A stretch of DNA of 64,000 bases, taken from positions 13,206,001-13,270,000 of the forward strand of contig OX597834.1 of assembly GCA_951406725.2 (NCBI GenBank), read 5' to 3'. Under the pieces are notes generated by a model. That model saw nothing but the letters and a program-made list of their open reading frames with translations, was not told where the DNA came from and did not search any database. A program made the position numbers and the translations under genes. The DNA is from Octopus vulgaris (lineage: Eukaryota). Below, piece by piece: positions 42,300-55,995 of this stretch. Position 1 is the first letter of the stretch, and each line of letters begins with the position of its first letter.

Positions 42300-42650
42300 A
42301 TATCTACAACATTTTTTTCCACCGTTAGTGTATTTGGTTAGAAAACACGTTGAAGCATTATAACAAAAGGTGATTGGCTTAAATGCATCACTTTTCTCAA
42401 TTGGCATTTGCGAAACAAAGTGGATATTCACCTGGGAGCGATTTTGACATTGATAAATATTATTTTCCTGAAAAAATACCGTTGCGCAGCACAATTGTGT
42501 AGACCGAAGGCTAACGGAAATCTGGTTATGAAAAACAAAACCAACTCTGTGACACCAGGCACTAACATCATTCACCTCATCGCACTCTTTTATGCCAACT
42601 GTGCAGATAACCGCCCTTTTCATAAGCACCTCTATATTCACTGACTGTTA
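42300..42650 (+). pseudogene. Degenerate mariner-like transposase
   Basis: Pieces IITKGD, MHHFS, LINIIFLKK, MKNKTNSVTPG and ADNRPF parallel mariner IVTGDE.W.HHF / ..IDFL / IKNKR.G / HDNARPH. Confidence 0.45.
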
Positions 42651-42899
42651 CAGTATAATCACTTTATAAATGATTTCAATGAGAACGAATTCTTGTAGAA
42701 AGTATAGTAACCCAAAAATATATTTTCCAAGATTGTTGTGCATTGATAGGATGGAAGTGAGCTGCATTTTTCTAAGGGGTGGGCGCGATAAAATGGATAC
42801 AGTGAAAAAAAAGCCATCGGTTCCACTAAAGATTTGTGAGAGAATTTGGCAGACGGAAATTTAAATAAGCCCGTCGTTTAAGAATAAATATATACAAAT

Positions 42900-43286
42900 G
42901 TGGAAGCACTCCGTCGGTTACGACGATGAGGGTTCCGGTTGATCCGAATCAACGGAACAGCCTGCTCGTGAAATTAACGTGTAAGTGGCTGAGAACTCCA
43001 CAGGCACGTGCACCCTTAACGTAGTTCTCGGGGATATTCAGCGTGACACAGAGGGTGACAAGGCCGGCCCCTTGAATAACAGGTACAACAGAAACAGGAA
43101 GTAAGAGTGAGAGAAAGTTGTGGTGAAAGAGTACAGCAGGGATCACCACCATCCCCTGCCGGAGCCTCGTGGAGCTTTTAGGTGTTTTCGCTCAATAAAC
43201 ACTCACAACGCCCGGTCTGGGAATCGAAACCCCGATCCTATGACCGCGAGTCCGCTGCCCTAACCACTGGGCCATTGCGCCTCCAC
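42900..43286 (-). mobile_element. SINE family B, tail type 2, full length with 12-bp TSD
   Basis: TSD atatatacaaat at 42888-42899 and 43287-43298; head GGAGGCGCAATGGCCCAGTGG...GGTTTCGATTCCC. Confidence 0.95.
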
Positions 43287-43709
43287 ATATATACAAATAT
43301 ACAAAGTAGTTGTAGTCGTTACGAAACAAATATGAAATGAATTTTAATAGTTTTCGTAGGGTGGGGATTTAAATTTAGAAGCGATAGTAGTAATTTACGG
43401 AATATGAGTATCTAGTTTAAGAATTCTTAAATTCATCCAGTCTTTGTGATATGATTCAGAAAAGTTTCTTCGAAGTTACAACACAAGATATTATAGGTTG
43501 GCATAAATCGAAATTAAGACATTTAAATGCGAATATCGATTTATTTGTGTAGCTTCACATGAAGGAGAAGAACGATATTCGTTGCAATTTTAATTCACAA
43601 CTAAAGTTTTATGTATAAGATGATTGTAGATATTCATTTGTAAGGACACAAGTACTCAAACGTGACATTTACAAGTAAATAATTATCTTTAAGTACAAGG
43701 GAAACACAA

Positions 43710-43898
43710 CTCTCTCTTTACTCTTTACTCTTTTACTTGTTTCAGTCATTTGACTGGGGCCATGCTGGAACACCGCCTTTAGTCGAGCAAATCGACCCCG
43801 GGACTTTTTCTTTGTAAGCCCAGTACTTATTCTATCGTTCTCTTTTTGCCGAACCGCTAGATGATGGGGGATGTAAACACACCAGCACACAAACATAT

Positions 43899-43969
<71 letters not shown>

Positions 43970-44127
43970 TACGATGGGCTTCTTTCAGTTTCCGTCTACC
44001 AAATCCACTCACAAGGCATTGGTCGGCCCGGGGCTATAGCAGAAGACACTTGCCCAAGGTGCCACGCAGTGGGACTGAACCCGGAACCATGTGGTTGGTT
44101 AGCAAGCTACTTACCACACAGCCACTC
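43710..44127 (-). mobile_element. SINE family A
   Basis: Homologous to 15031-15454. Confidence 0.92.
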
Positions 44128-45289
44128 GAATAATTTATTCATACTAGTTTTATTATGTATGTAATAATGTTCTTATTACGCATAGAAGTATTAAGCACGC
44201 TAAGTTATATTCTACTATTAGTATGTTTATAATGCGGCTGCCGGGAGCTTCTGTTAAATTCTACAAATAATTAAAGAGTTTCATAGGATACGATTTCAAG
44301 TTGGTAGGAGGAATATGTAAAAGGACATCAATATTATAAGACACTTTTTTTCTAAACTTTAATACACTCTCTTTCTCTCTCTTCAGGTTTCGTTCACTAA
44401 TTCTGCAAAAGAAATGTGACGGTAACGCGCCATTTTGCATGAAGGTTATTTGGAACAGCCGAGTGGAAGTACGAGTCATTTTGGTGGCAGTGTGTTTTCG
44501 CAATGGATCTGAACACACACACACACACAAACTTGATACACACACACACACTCATACACATATACGCACACACACTCTTACACACACACACGTACACATG
44601 CACGCTCAAATAAAGTTTGCACAAATTGATAGAGAATAACAGATAGATAGATTTAGAGAGAGAAAGAGAGAGACAGAGTGAGGGAGAGAGAGAGACATAT
44701 CTTTAGACAGCTACACCTCCACATATGTGTGTATGCGCCCGTGTGTGTGTATGCGCACGTGTGTGTGTATATGCGCGTGTGTGTGTGACACACCGAGAGA
44801 GAGACCTTAAAATTTGTTAATTGAACACGAATGACTTAATTTCCTGAAACACAAACATACATGTAGAGATTCATAGACAGATGGATAGCTACGTAGAAAA
44901 AGGGAGAATGAGATAGAATTTAAAATACGACAATCTTTATGGCATTTAATGTTAAAAACATTCGGTGTGGAGTCAGCGACTGCAAACTGGGCGCCCCTAG
45001 TGCTGTGCGTAAAAGTCCCAACCTTCTAAAGGTAAAGCCCGAAATATTCGCAAATTCAAACACATTATATATTGCCCAGCTATTAGAGCATAAAAGACGT
45101 GTTTTGCATTATTCCTTGTGGCTCTTTGCAGTCTATGCTCAAAACCGCATAGGCCAATTTTCAATTCGTTTTGGTGAAGACTAAATTAACACTAGTGTAG
45201 TCAATACTATTGAGTACGATAATCCTTCAAAGATTCTGGTCATGAATTGAAATCAGTAAACACCTTTGATACCATAATTTAAGGAGCCG

Positions 45290-45640
45290 TGCTAGGAGTA
45301 TCCCGGAATTTCTTCCAGATGTATGTTCCTAGTTATAATTCATTGAAATTGACTTTACCTTTCATCGTTTTGAGTTCGCGATGAAATCAATAAGCCCTAT
45401 CGCCCTAAAATTCAAAGCCCTGTTGCTTAAAGCAGACACGATTATAATTTTCTACTCTAGGCACAAGGCTCCAAATTTTGGGAGATGGGGCCAGTCGATT
45501 AGATCGACCCCAGTACGCAATTGGTACTTCATTTATCGACCTCGAAATCATGAAAGACAAAGTGGACCTACCTCGGCGGAGTTTGAAATACCGCTAAGCA
45601 TTTAGCCCTGCGTGCTAAAGTTTCTGCCAGAGTAATGCTG

Positions 45641-45688
<48 letters not shown>

Positions 45689-45719
45689 GTTATTATTATT
45701 ATCATCATTATTATTATTA

Positions 45720-45754
<35 letters not shown>

Positions 45755-46170
45755 TCAGACAGGTAACTGGCAGTTTAGTTAGGACGTTGGACACAATAAT
45801 TCTCATCATTTCTTCAAGCTTTACATAGTTCAAATTCCGCTGAGGTCGACTATGCTTTTTATCTTTTTTTTGGAGTATATGACAGAAACACTGACCTGAT
45901 ATTGAGGTCGAGGTTTTCGGTTAGCCCGCTTCCCTAAAAGTGATAGTCTTGTGCGAATAATTGAGAGATGTATTATTCCAATTATTACAAGGCTGGCAGA
46001 AGCATTAACGCACCGGACGAAGGGCTTACTGGTATTTGCACCATCTTGACGTTCTGAGTTCAAATTCATCCTTTCGAGGTCGATAGATCAAGTACCAGAT
46101 GAGTACTGGGGTCGATTTAATCGACTAGTCCCCTTCCCCAAAATTCTGTCTTTAGTAGAAACGATCATTA
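45290..46170. mobile_element. Cluster of about four diverged SINE family C copies on both strands, around (TTA)n at 45641-45753
   Basis: Repeated gttcaaattc...cctttcgaggtcgat...aagtaccag...tggggtcgatttaatcgact motifs and their reverse complements. Confidence 0.75.
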
Positions 46171-46979
46171 TGATTAAATCTACACTATTAACACTTACTT
46201 GAAAGATCAGTTGGGAAAATACACTTGTCAGAATAAGTAATATGGTGAAATACAGAATACGTGTAATCATCATAATTCAAGTTTATCAAGTTTCCTCGTA
46301 TTTATACAAAGTGTTGAAATGAACACCAATTTCCGAAAGAGAGAATATATTATAAGCTTAAAGTGAAACTATATAAATGATATTTCTCACTTGTATATTT
46401 GTAACGGATATATGTTATTAATTTTTGTATATTTTATCAGTACAATCGCAATTTACTCCAATAAAAATTCGTCTCTGGAAAATTACCGGGAACATAAAAT
46501 GAATAGTTTTTTTTCAGAATGTGATAAAAATATGAGGCGGTGCAGCTGTCTAAAGTCATGCCTGTAACTCTCTCTCTCTCTCTTTCTCCCTCTCTCTCTC
46601 TCTCTCACTAAATCTTACTATTTTTCACTCAGCCTATATACGTGCGAAGAAGGGTTGCACGTGGCTTAGTGATCAGTGTGTTGCACTCATGAGCAAGAGA
46701 GTTTAATATCGTTATCTTGCCTGGGCGACACGTAGCACTCACTTTGCTCCAATCCAATTAGCTGGTCAAATGATGTAATCTAAGAACAGACTCGTATCTT
46801 TACGTATGGGGGAGATATAGACACTACAGAATCTATAAAACCATCTCATGAGCGTATAGCTTTGGAAGAAATATTCATTCCGCTTGTGATAATGTATGTT
46901 TTTATACCCATGTATATATGTGTATGTGTATGGATGTATGTATATATTTATTTTTATTATTTATTTTATTTATCTTTTT

Positions 46980-47389
46980 TGTTTCAGTCATTTGACTACG
47001 GCCAGGCAGGAGCTCCGTCTTTAGTCGAACAAATCGATCCTAGAACGTATTCTTCGTAAGCCCAGTACTTATATTATCTGTCTCTTTGCCGAACCGCTAA
47101 GTTATTGGGTGGTAAACACACCAACATCGGTTGTCAAATGATGTTGGGGGAGACAAACACAAACACACAAATACGCACACACACACAATATACATACATA
47201 TATACATACATATATATATATATATACGACGTGATTCTTTCAGTTTCCCTCTACCAAATCCACTTACGAGGCTCTGGTCAAACCCAGGATATTGTAGAAG
47301 ACGCTTCCCCAAGTTGCCATGCAGTGGAACTGAACCCTGAACCATGCGGTTGGTAAGCAATCTAATTACCACACAGCCATGCCTGCACC
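46980..47389 (-). mobile_element. SINE family A followed by (TTA)n at 47390-47457
   Basis: Homologous to 15031-15454. Confidence 0.88.
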
Positions 47390-47458
<69 letters not shown>

Positions 47459-48069
47459 GGTGCCTGATTTCTTTTCATATTCCTGGAAAATATGAGACTT
47501 CAAACAAGGCAGAACTTCTTTATCCTATTTTCCCTCACCATAAAAATATCTTAGTCATGCAAAATATTATATGTCTAAATATTTCATAATTTTTCAATAA
47601 TTATAGAAATTTCAATTTTTAGCCATAGCTACATAATAAGAATGATTCTTATAGCGAAAGAAATGGCATCGTGATTTCAATTCTGAGACTGGATGTTCAT
47701 TGTCTTCTAGAACAAATCGTTTCATTTTGCGTTGCTTTATTTCACTCAGTTTCAAATGGTTAATCCTGTAGAACTGTGTATTCATTTCAAAGGAAATCTC
47801 CAGAAACCAGCCTAGCCAGCGCCGTTGCTTAATTTGAAAATAACAATAATATAAGGAAGTGGCGTTTAGGCACCTTCGAAAGTTTCGTCGATACAGTGGT
47901 ACCAAAACAGAATCACATAAAATGTCATGACACAACAGTGGCAATAATTCTACAGAGTATCATGCATTCATCAGGCACTAAATTATTAAATTTCTAACTA
48001 AGCCTCAGTCACTGCATAATTTAATTGTAATTTCTATAATTTTTTTCGGTTAACGGACATGTATCTATC

Positions 48070-48260
48070 CTTTGTATTGTCTTGGCATCCATTCTGTCTC
48101 GGGAGACAATGGAGTTGCGCATGAAGTAGTCTAGTCCGGCTTTTATATTTCATGTCCTGATACATTTCCTGCTGTGGCTGTGTAGTCCTATCCTGGACAA
48201 ACACTCCCTCTGACAGGTACCGCAAATGTAGCGAAGATTGTTCCTGGCTGGTTGTAGTGC
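48070..48260 (-). mobile_element. RTE-clade LINE 3' end
   Basis: 48230-48150 encodes YICGTCQRECLSRIGLHSHSRKCIRT* (RTE C-terminal CxxC..SRIGL.SH.R.C finger), followed by 3' UTR gcgcaactccattgtctcccgagacagaatggatgccaa. Confidence 0.8.
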
Positions 48261-48876
48261 CATAGTCTCTATCCTTTAGCCCTCAGTTTCAAAGCTAAAT
48301 ATCCACTTTAGAAACTATGCAACATAGTATCGTTAAATCTACGTGAAGCCGATTTTTCTGTTGAAAATTTATATGTACACAAAACAGGCCGAATTGGAAT
48401 AAGAGGGAAAGTCCTAACAAAGACAATTTCAATGCTAAACACAGACGTTAATCTGAACAATTCAAAAGGCAAAACAAAAGAACTTTTGAATGTATAAGAA
48501 ACAGAATATAACCTAGACTTCTTTGATATTTCAATACTCTGAATGAAATTGGAATTGAGAGAAAGCAATAGAAAAGAAATTCAGATCAATTTATCATACG
48601 CGGCCCTTTTACAATGACATATTCAAACAATCAAGATGTAAATAGGAAGAAAAAATTCCGATTTGGTTTATATATATTTAAGTAGCGTGCGCTAGTGGAT
48701 TTCTTCAGTAGTGATGATAGTATGTGGCAAATATTAATGTATTTCATATGTAGGTCAAGTATCTGAGGCTGTTTCTGTCGATGTAGGTCAACGGTGATCT
48801 TTCAAAAAAGATAGATATCATGATTTATGTGACGTATCTTTCTTTTGATCAAGTGCAGTGTATCTGGCAGCACAAA

Positions 48877-49537
<661 letters not shown>

Positions 49538-49859
49538 ACTAAATAAACTGACCTCTCTATCTGGCGAATCATCGATTGATCTGCTGTTTTTACTCACATG
49601 AGTAACATGTCAAATGCATTTCATTCCCTCACTCACTCTTTCTTTTCTATATTCAAGACGTTGACTCTGAGAATAAGTGTCATAATGTAAAATATGCAAA
49701 TATGCAAGCAGATATTTTTAAAAGGCAGGAAACCTAAGCTTAGAATCTAATCTGATCGCCGAAAATGGGAATTCTCAGTAACAGGCTTGTAGGTCAATCA
49801 GTTTCGTTTCTTTGCTCACGTTCATACATCAGATTTTGACCGACCACTACCATACATAG

Positions 49860-50270
49860 ACACAGGCGTTGCTGTGTGGTTAGAACCTTGCTTCCCAACT
49901 ACATGCGTGGCACATTCGGGCAGATGTATTCTACTATGGCCTCCGGCCTACCAATGAGTTGTGATAGATTTGGTAGACGGAAACTGAAAGCAGCTCATCG
50001 TAGTCTATATGTGTGTCTGTGTATATGTTTATGTGTATATATGTGTGTGTGTATGTGTGTGTGTTTTTGTGTTTGTGTCTGTGTGTCTGTGTTTGTTCCA
50101 CCATCAACTCTTGAAAAACGGTATTGCTGTGTTTACCTCCCCATTAATTAGCGGTTCGGTACTAGTCTTAAGAAAGAAGTCCTGAGGGCGATTACTTGGA
50201 CTAAAACCCCTTCAAGTCGACACACCAGCATGGCTGCAGCCAAATTGCTGCAACATGTAAAAGAATAAAA
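49860..50270 (+). mobile_element. SINE family A, old copy
   Basis: gctgtgtggttag...tttggtagacggaaactgaaag...ccagcatggctgcag. Confidence 0.75.
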
Positions 50271-50904
50271 CTATAGAAGAATACACTTTTTGGCATCAAT
50301 ATATTTAAAAAAACTCCAAATTTCGGTTATACATCGATTGCATTGTGTCAGGTTTTCTTTTCAGTGGGTTTGAAAGATTATTTTTGTGAATTCATATGTG
50401 GAAACTATTTTTTTCGTGTCTGGGGAAAGCCATAAAGCCTTAATATGTAATACGCTCAACAGTTCAATTTCCACTAAGAACGAATATAAATAAGAAATGA
50501 GTGGAAACTGAACCGCTGAGTTTGTTACGTATTTAGACATTATACACTATACAATAATAGCCTTTATATATAATAGTCTTTATTATATAATATCGTCTAA
50601 TAAGCATGGTGCTTAATTTGTTGGCAAAATATCACAAATGGAACGGGGCTAATTAAGAGAAGGATAGTTGGACAATATAAAAGATTACGATGGATAAATA
50701 GGGGACAAAACGAACACACGCTCTCGTAAAAGTGGACAGTGATTAGTGGACAGAGAATTATGAACAGTGAATTGTACGTTGAATATACGAAGAGGAATAG
50801 AAGTAGACTGATGTTTCGGGCGGTCCCCTTATGAAATTGGAGTAAGAGAGAAAGAAGCAAGAAGTATGTTTCAAGAAGAGAATTATAAATGTTAAAGAAC
50901 GTCT

Positions 50905-51290
50905 ATTGCTGCTTAGCAATTTGGGAGGAGGGGTACCTATTCTATCGACCCTGAAAGGTGTAAAAGGAACAGTGGACCCCGGGGGATTTTGAACTGAGCT
51001 CGTAAGCATCGACGAAATGCCGCTAAGCATTATGACCCAGGAGCTAACGATTCCACGAGCTTGCTAACTTAATCGTATATCAATATTTAAAAAAGAAACA
51101 GTTTATACGGTATCGTCCACCTAGGACGTTATTAATACAGCTTTGGTCTCAGATCATATTTAGAAAACTCGAAGTTCAGTCCGCCGTAGTCCATTTTGCA
51201 TTTCACACACATTTCAATACCAGAAGAGGCCAAGTGTTGACGAAATTGCTCTCCCAATATTACAGGCCTGGTAACAAAATTTACAACAAA
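50905..51290. mobile_element. Diverged SINE family C copies
   Basis: tcgaccctgaaagg...ttttgaactgag...gacgaaatgccgctaagcat. Confidence 0.6.
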
Positions 51291-51299
51291 TATTAAATA

Positions 51300-51474
51300 G
51301 GTGCAGGATTGGCTGTGTGGTAAGTAGCTTGCTTACCAGCCACATGCTTCCGGGTTCAGTCCCACTGCGTGACATCTTGGGCAAGTGTCTTCTGATATAG
51401 CCTCGGGCCGACCAAAGCCTTGTGAGTGGATCTGGTAGACGGAAACTGAATATAGCCCGTCGTATATATGTATA

Positions 51475-51527
<53 letters not shown>

Positions 51528-51725
51528 CTGTGTGTCTGTGTTTGTCCCCCTAGCATTGCTTGACAACCGATGCTGGTGTGTTTACGTCCCCGTCACATCG
51601 CGGATCGGCAAAAGAGACCGATAGAATAAAGACTTACAAAGAATAAGTCACGAGGTCGATTTGCTCGACTAAAGGTGATGCTCCAGCATGGCCGCAGTCA
51701 AATGACTGAAACATGTAAAAGAGTA
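51300..51725 (+). mobile_element. SINE family A, full length
   Basis: ggtgcaggattggctgtgtggtaag...aaagagta. Confidence 0.92.
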
Positions 51726-51759
51726 TGATCATAAATGTTTGCATCGGAAACTTTTGAAA

Positions 51760-52700
51760 ATATAAACAACGATGATTGAATGCAACATTTTAGTTCCATA
51801 TAAGTTACTAAGCATATGTTGCACTGTGAGAATTCCATCAAGCACTGCAATTAGAACAACATTTTGCCAATTAGTACGACAACATGCAGGCAGAAATAAT
51901 GCCTCAGTATTCTTCCACAGGAGATCAGCATCAAGGGAATAAGAAGGAATGTTTAATTGTTTCTAATCGCTTTCGTTTTCATTCCACTATATGCATAACT
52001 GCAGCTGCTCAACAGGTATCAACTATATTCATTCAATAACACTCTGCAGTTATCTTCCCAGATGGCCAGCCAGTCAGCTTCCATAATAGGCATTCTGCTA
52101 AAACGAATGCCACAATATAGTTAATTAATCATCAGTTTGGAGGTTGTTATATTTCTAACATATCATCTGTTGAAAAGCAATATTCTCAATTTTCATTGTA
52201 GACTAACTCCCGAAATAATTATATCAAAATTATTGCGTTAAATTGCAGCCATAAATCGCGTCACATCAGATTTGATAAGCAGCCATTTATGCGCCATCCT
52301 TTGCAAACAAAAAAGTATATACATTTCCTAGCAGAATGGTAAAATGTCTCGCAGTTATGACGCAAGGCCCGGTTCTAAGGGGTATTTAAAAGTAAAACTT
52401 AAAAAGGTCTGCGCTCAAATTTTAACAATATTCAATAACTGTCAAAGGAGAAATTAGAGGCTCTCTCGATGAAGCCTACCACTTCAACAGAGATCCCAGA
52501 TAATATTCTAAAGATAGTCTTGAGCATAGATTGCAGCGCTTTTTCCAGTGTATAATGTGTGAACACTCAGTTCGTGTTAGCATTGGCTTAAATAGCATTA
52601 TTTCATCTAAAATCAGGCGTACATACATATTCGATCCCAAATGATTGCTAAGGACAACAGCGAGATACTTAATAACAATGTAAATTTTCTGAGAATCAGT
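51760..52700 (-). pseudogene. Very old Helitron RepHel relic (Rep-helicase linker and helicase start)
   Basis: Minus pieces YSLDA...ACCRTNWQNVVLIAVLDGILT and LLNEYS, EYYLG..KW, LRTGP occur in the order expected for RepHel; heavily disrupted. Confidence 0.4.
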
Positions 52701-52831
52701 TCCAACTGTTTCAACTGGCGATATAATCGATATCATATAGATCAATCAAAACTACACTAATATATAGGAATCAATAATGATTTTTGTACACTCAACACAC
52801 GCTAGAAGTAATCGTAATATATAACTTAAAT

Positions 52832-53108
52832 CAGCGGTTCCCAAAAGCGCAGTACTGCCCTTGCGGAGAACGTTAGAACGATCTAGGAGTTGGAGGCTTG
52901 AGGATAATTTGGGTGATAAGGTGGTGGTGAAGAGTGCAAACAGAAAAACACAATAATGACTTAATTATATTAAATATTATTTGCAAAATACAGTTTTTAA
53001 TTTGCTGCAGAAAATTATCTCTGTTTGTGTTGGTGAGTTTGAGGGGCGCTAGGAATATGGGCTGGATTTCAAGGGAGTGGCAATTCGAAAACGTATCGAA
53101 AACCACTA
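52832..53108. mobile_element. hAT (Charlie-like) MITE
   Basis: Left TIR CAGCGGTTCCCAAA; eroded right TIR ...gaaaaccacta; 8-bp TSD acttaaat (52824-31) / tcttaaat (53109-16) with central TA. Confidence 0.7.
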
Positions 53109-53738
53109 TCTTAAATGACAGCCAATATTGTACACATAGTATGCATTTGATATAGAAGTGGAGAAAGCTTGTCCGAATAGAAGACGTTCGAAGGTAATCG
53201 TTGAAATGCGTTTGAGAAGAAGGTCCCACAGGTTAACTGGACTTGGGGTTAAAAAGCAATAGCCACACTAACAACAAGACAACAACCTGGCTATCATATG
53301 ATTATCAATAACTCTGTATCACCAACAATGGCAACATCACTACGAATAATCAAAATACATGATTATTAGTATTAAATACAGCTTGACAAAGGACTTGAGG
53401 AAAAAAACCATCGATGTGGATCAGTAAGATCAGTATTGGTAAAATAATGTCAAACATAAACATTACCAGAATATCAACATCACGAATAAGATAAACACAG
53501 CCCGAACAATTTTAATTATGAATAACTGTTGAATTAACTTGTTAGTTTGTAATGGTTTTGCACCAATCATCAAAGGCTGTGTGATATCTGTTTATACTTA
53601 TATACAGATTCACACACACCGACTCGAGCATAGGTATATATATATATATGTGTTTGTGTGTGTTTGTGTGTGTACGTGTGTTTGTGTGAATGTATGTATG
53701 TATATATATGTATGTATGTATGTATGTATATATCTATA

Positions 53739-53775
<37 letters not shown>

Positions 53776-53906
53776 TTATGTATTTACACACATATGTATA
53801 TGACTGTATATATTAAAATTATGCATCAAAGTAAATGCATACACCTATGCGCTTATATATATATATATATATATATGCATATGTATATATACATATATAT
53901 ATATGC

Positions 53907-53968
<62 letters not shown>

Positions 53969-54664
53969 CATATATATATATATATAAAAAATCATACACA
54001 CGCATAAACACACAGACACACACACACACACACATATATTTATATACAAACATATATACGCACATATATATTTGTGTGTGCCTGCCTGTTTGTGTTCATA
54101 TGTTTGTGTGTGTTAGTGTGTTTGTGTAAACGTCGTTATTTTGCTTCACATATTTCTATATTCCGAAGATTGTATTTAAGCTTTTTCTATGCCAATTTAC
54201 AACAGTGATTCGTAAAACATAACACTATAAATTTAGTGATTACCGCACCTGTTACATGTGCAATAAAAATAATTGTGAACCGAATGGTTGTTTATATTTC
54301 TTTCACGTGCTGATGCACTCGTGATCATTTTCGTAATAATTACCTTATTACCGTGATCAGCGATTCTTAGATAATGAAATGGTACACCTTTCCTGCTGGT
54401 AATGAATATGTTTATGTGTTTGGCGCAAAAAAAAAATGAAAGAACGAAAACGTAAAACACAGGGAAAGCGAAATGTAATAAATATTCTTTTAGCTTCAGT
54501 CACATTTTCTGAAAATGAGGGAGACGGATTTTATAAAGTACACTGACTCGAGCGTATGACGTGGAATTTATTTTTCAGCACTAATAGGATGGAAAAGTTG
54601 ACCTCGTCTTGAATTAACTGAACTCAAAATGTAATCTGCCGGAAGAAACAATATCTTATATATG

Positions 54665-55025
54665 CCTGGTTCTCCGTCGATTAGGACGACGTGGGTTCCA
54701 GTTGATCCGATCAACGGAACGTGCAAATAGCTGAGTAATCCAAAGACACATGTACGCTTAACGTAGTTCTCGGGGAGATTCAGCGTGACACAGAGTGTGA
54801 CATAGCCCTTTGAAATACAGGCACAAGAGAAACAGGGAGAAAGAATGAGAGACAGTTGTGGTGAAAGAGTACAGCAGAGTTCGCCACCACCATCCCCTGC
54901 CGGAGCCTCGTGGGGATTTAGGTGTTTTCGCCCAATAAATAATCACAAAACCCGTCCGACTATCGGAACCGCGATCCTACGACCGAGAGTCCGCTCCCCT
55001 AACCACTGAGCTATTGCGCCTCCAC
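54665..55025 (-). mobile_element. SINE family B, tail type 2
   Basis: Homologous to 42900-43286. Confidence 0.9.
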
Positions 55026-55439
55026 TATAACTTATATACAATATTAACGATGAACGAAGCAAAAAACAACATCCGTATTCACAATCCCTAAAGTCTGGAA
55101 ATGAGCATGACAGATTTAGTAAAGTACACCGACTCTAATATAAGACATGTATTTTATTTCTCAACGTCAATAAGATGGAAAAATTGCCCTCGGCGTGAAT
55201 CAATTGAAATCAGAATGTAAAGTGCCGGAAGAATTGATAACTTATTTATAATATTAAAGAATAAAGAATAAAAAAAAATCTACATGCGTATTGATAATCC
55301 CTAGTATAATCACAAGGCGACATTTCTTTTTTCTGCAGTATTACTATAGTTTATACATTTGAATACGTATCTGTAAACGTGAGATCGAAAATATATATTG
55401 AGGAAAGTTTCCTTCCGAAACGTTAAGGCGCAGACGGAA

Positions 55440-55995
55440 TATTGTTTTCAAATTTTGCCACAAGGCCACCAATTTTGGGGGAGGGGTAGTGTCGGTTACC
55501 TCGACGTCAATACTCAACTGGTACTTATATTATCGACCTCGAGAGGATGAAAGACAATTTCAATCTCGCTGGAATTTGAACTCAGATTGCCAAGACGGAC
55601 GAAATGCTGCTAAGCCTTTTGCAGGGATACGAAATATTATTTTCTACTATAGGCACGAGGCACGAAATTTTGGCGGAGAGGGCCACTCGATCAGATCGAC
55701 ACCGGTACATAACTGGTATTAATTTATCGACCCCGAAATGTTGAAATGCAGAGTCGACCTCGGCGGAATTTGAAATCAGAACACATAGACAGACGAAATA
55801 CCTATTTCGTTACTACCCACAAGGGGCAAAACACAGAGAGGGCAAACAAGGACAGACAAACGGATTAAGTCGATTACATCGACCCCAGTGCGCGACTGGT
55901 ACTTATTTAATCGACCCCGAAAGGATGAAATTCGACCTCGGCAGAATTTGAACTCATAACGTAGCGGCAGACGAAATACCGCTAAGCATTTCAAC
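55440..55995 (-). mobile_element. Three stacked SINE family C copies
   Basis: Repeated actggtactta...atcgacc...ggaatttgaactca...gacgaaat units; the youngest copy is ~55803-55995. Confidence 0.85.

Noticed and set aside
47612-47944. 110-aa minus ORF (QIKQRRWLGW)
   Set aside because: At best a decayed LINE C-terminal piece next to the RTE end; not a host gene.
55395-55425. ggaa...ttcc-GAAAC-GTTA hammerhead-like 3' half (similar traces near 17950 and 50320)
   Set aside because: CUGANGA box and stem I are missing; too degenerate to call.
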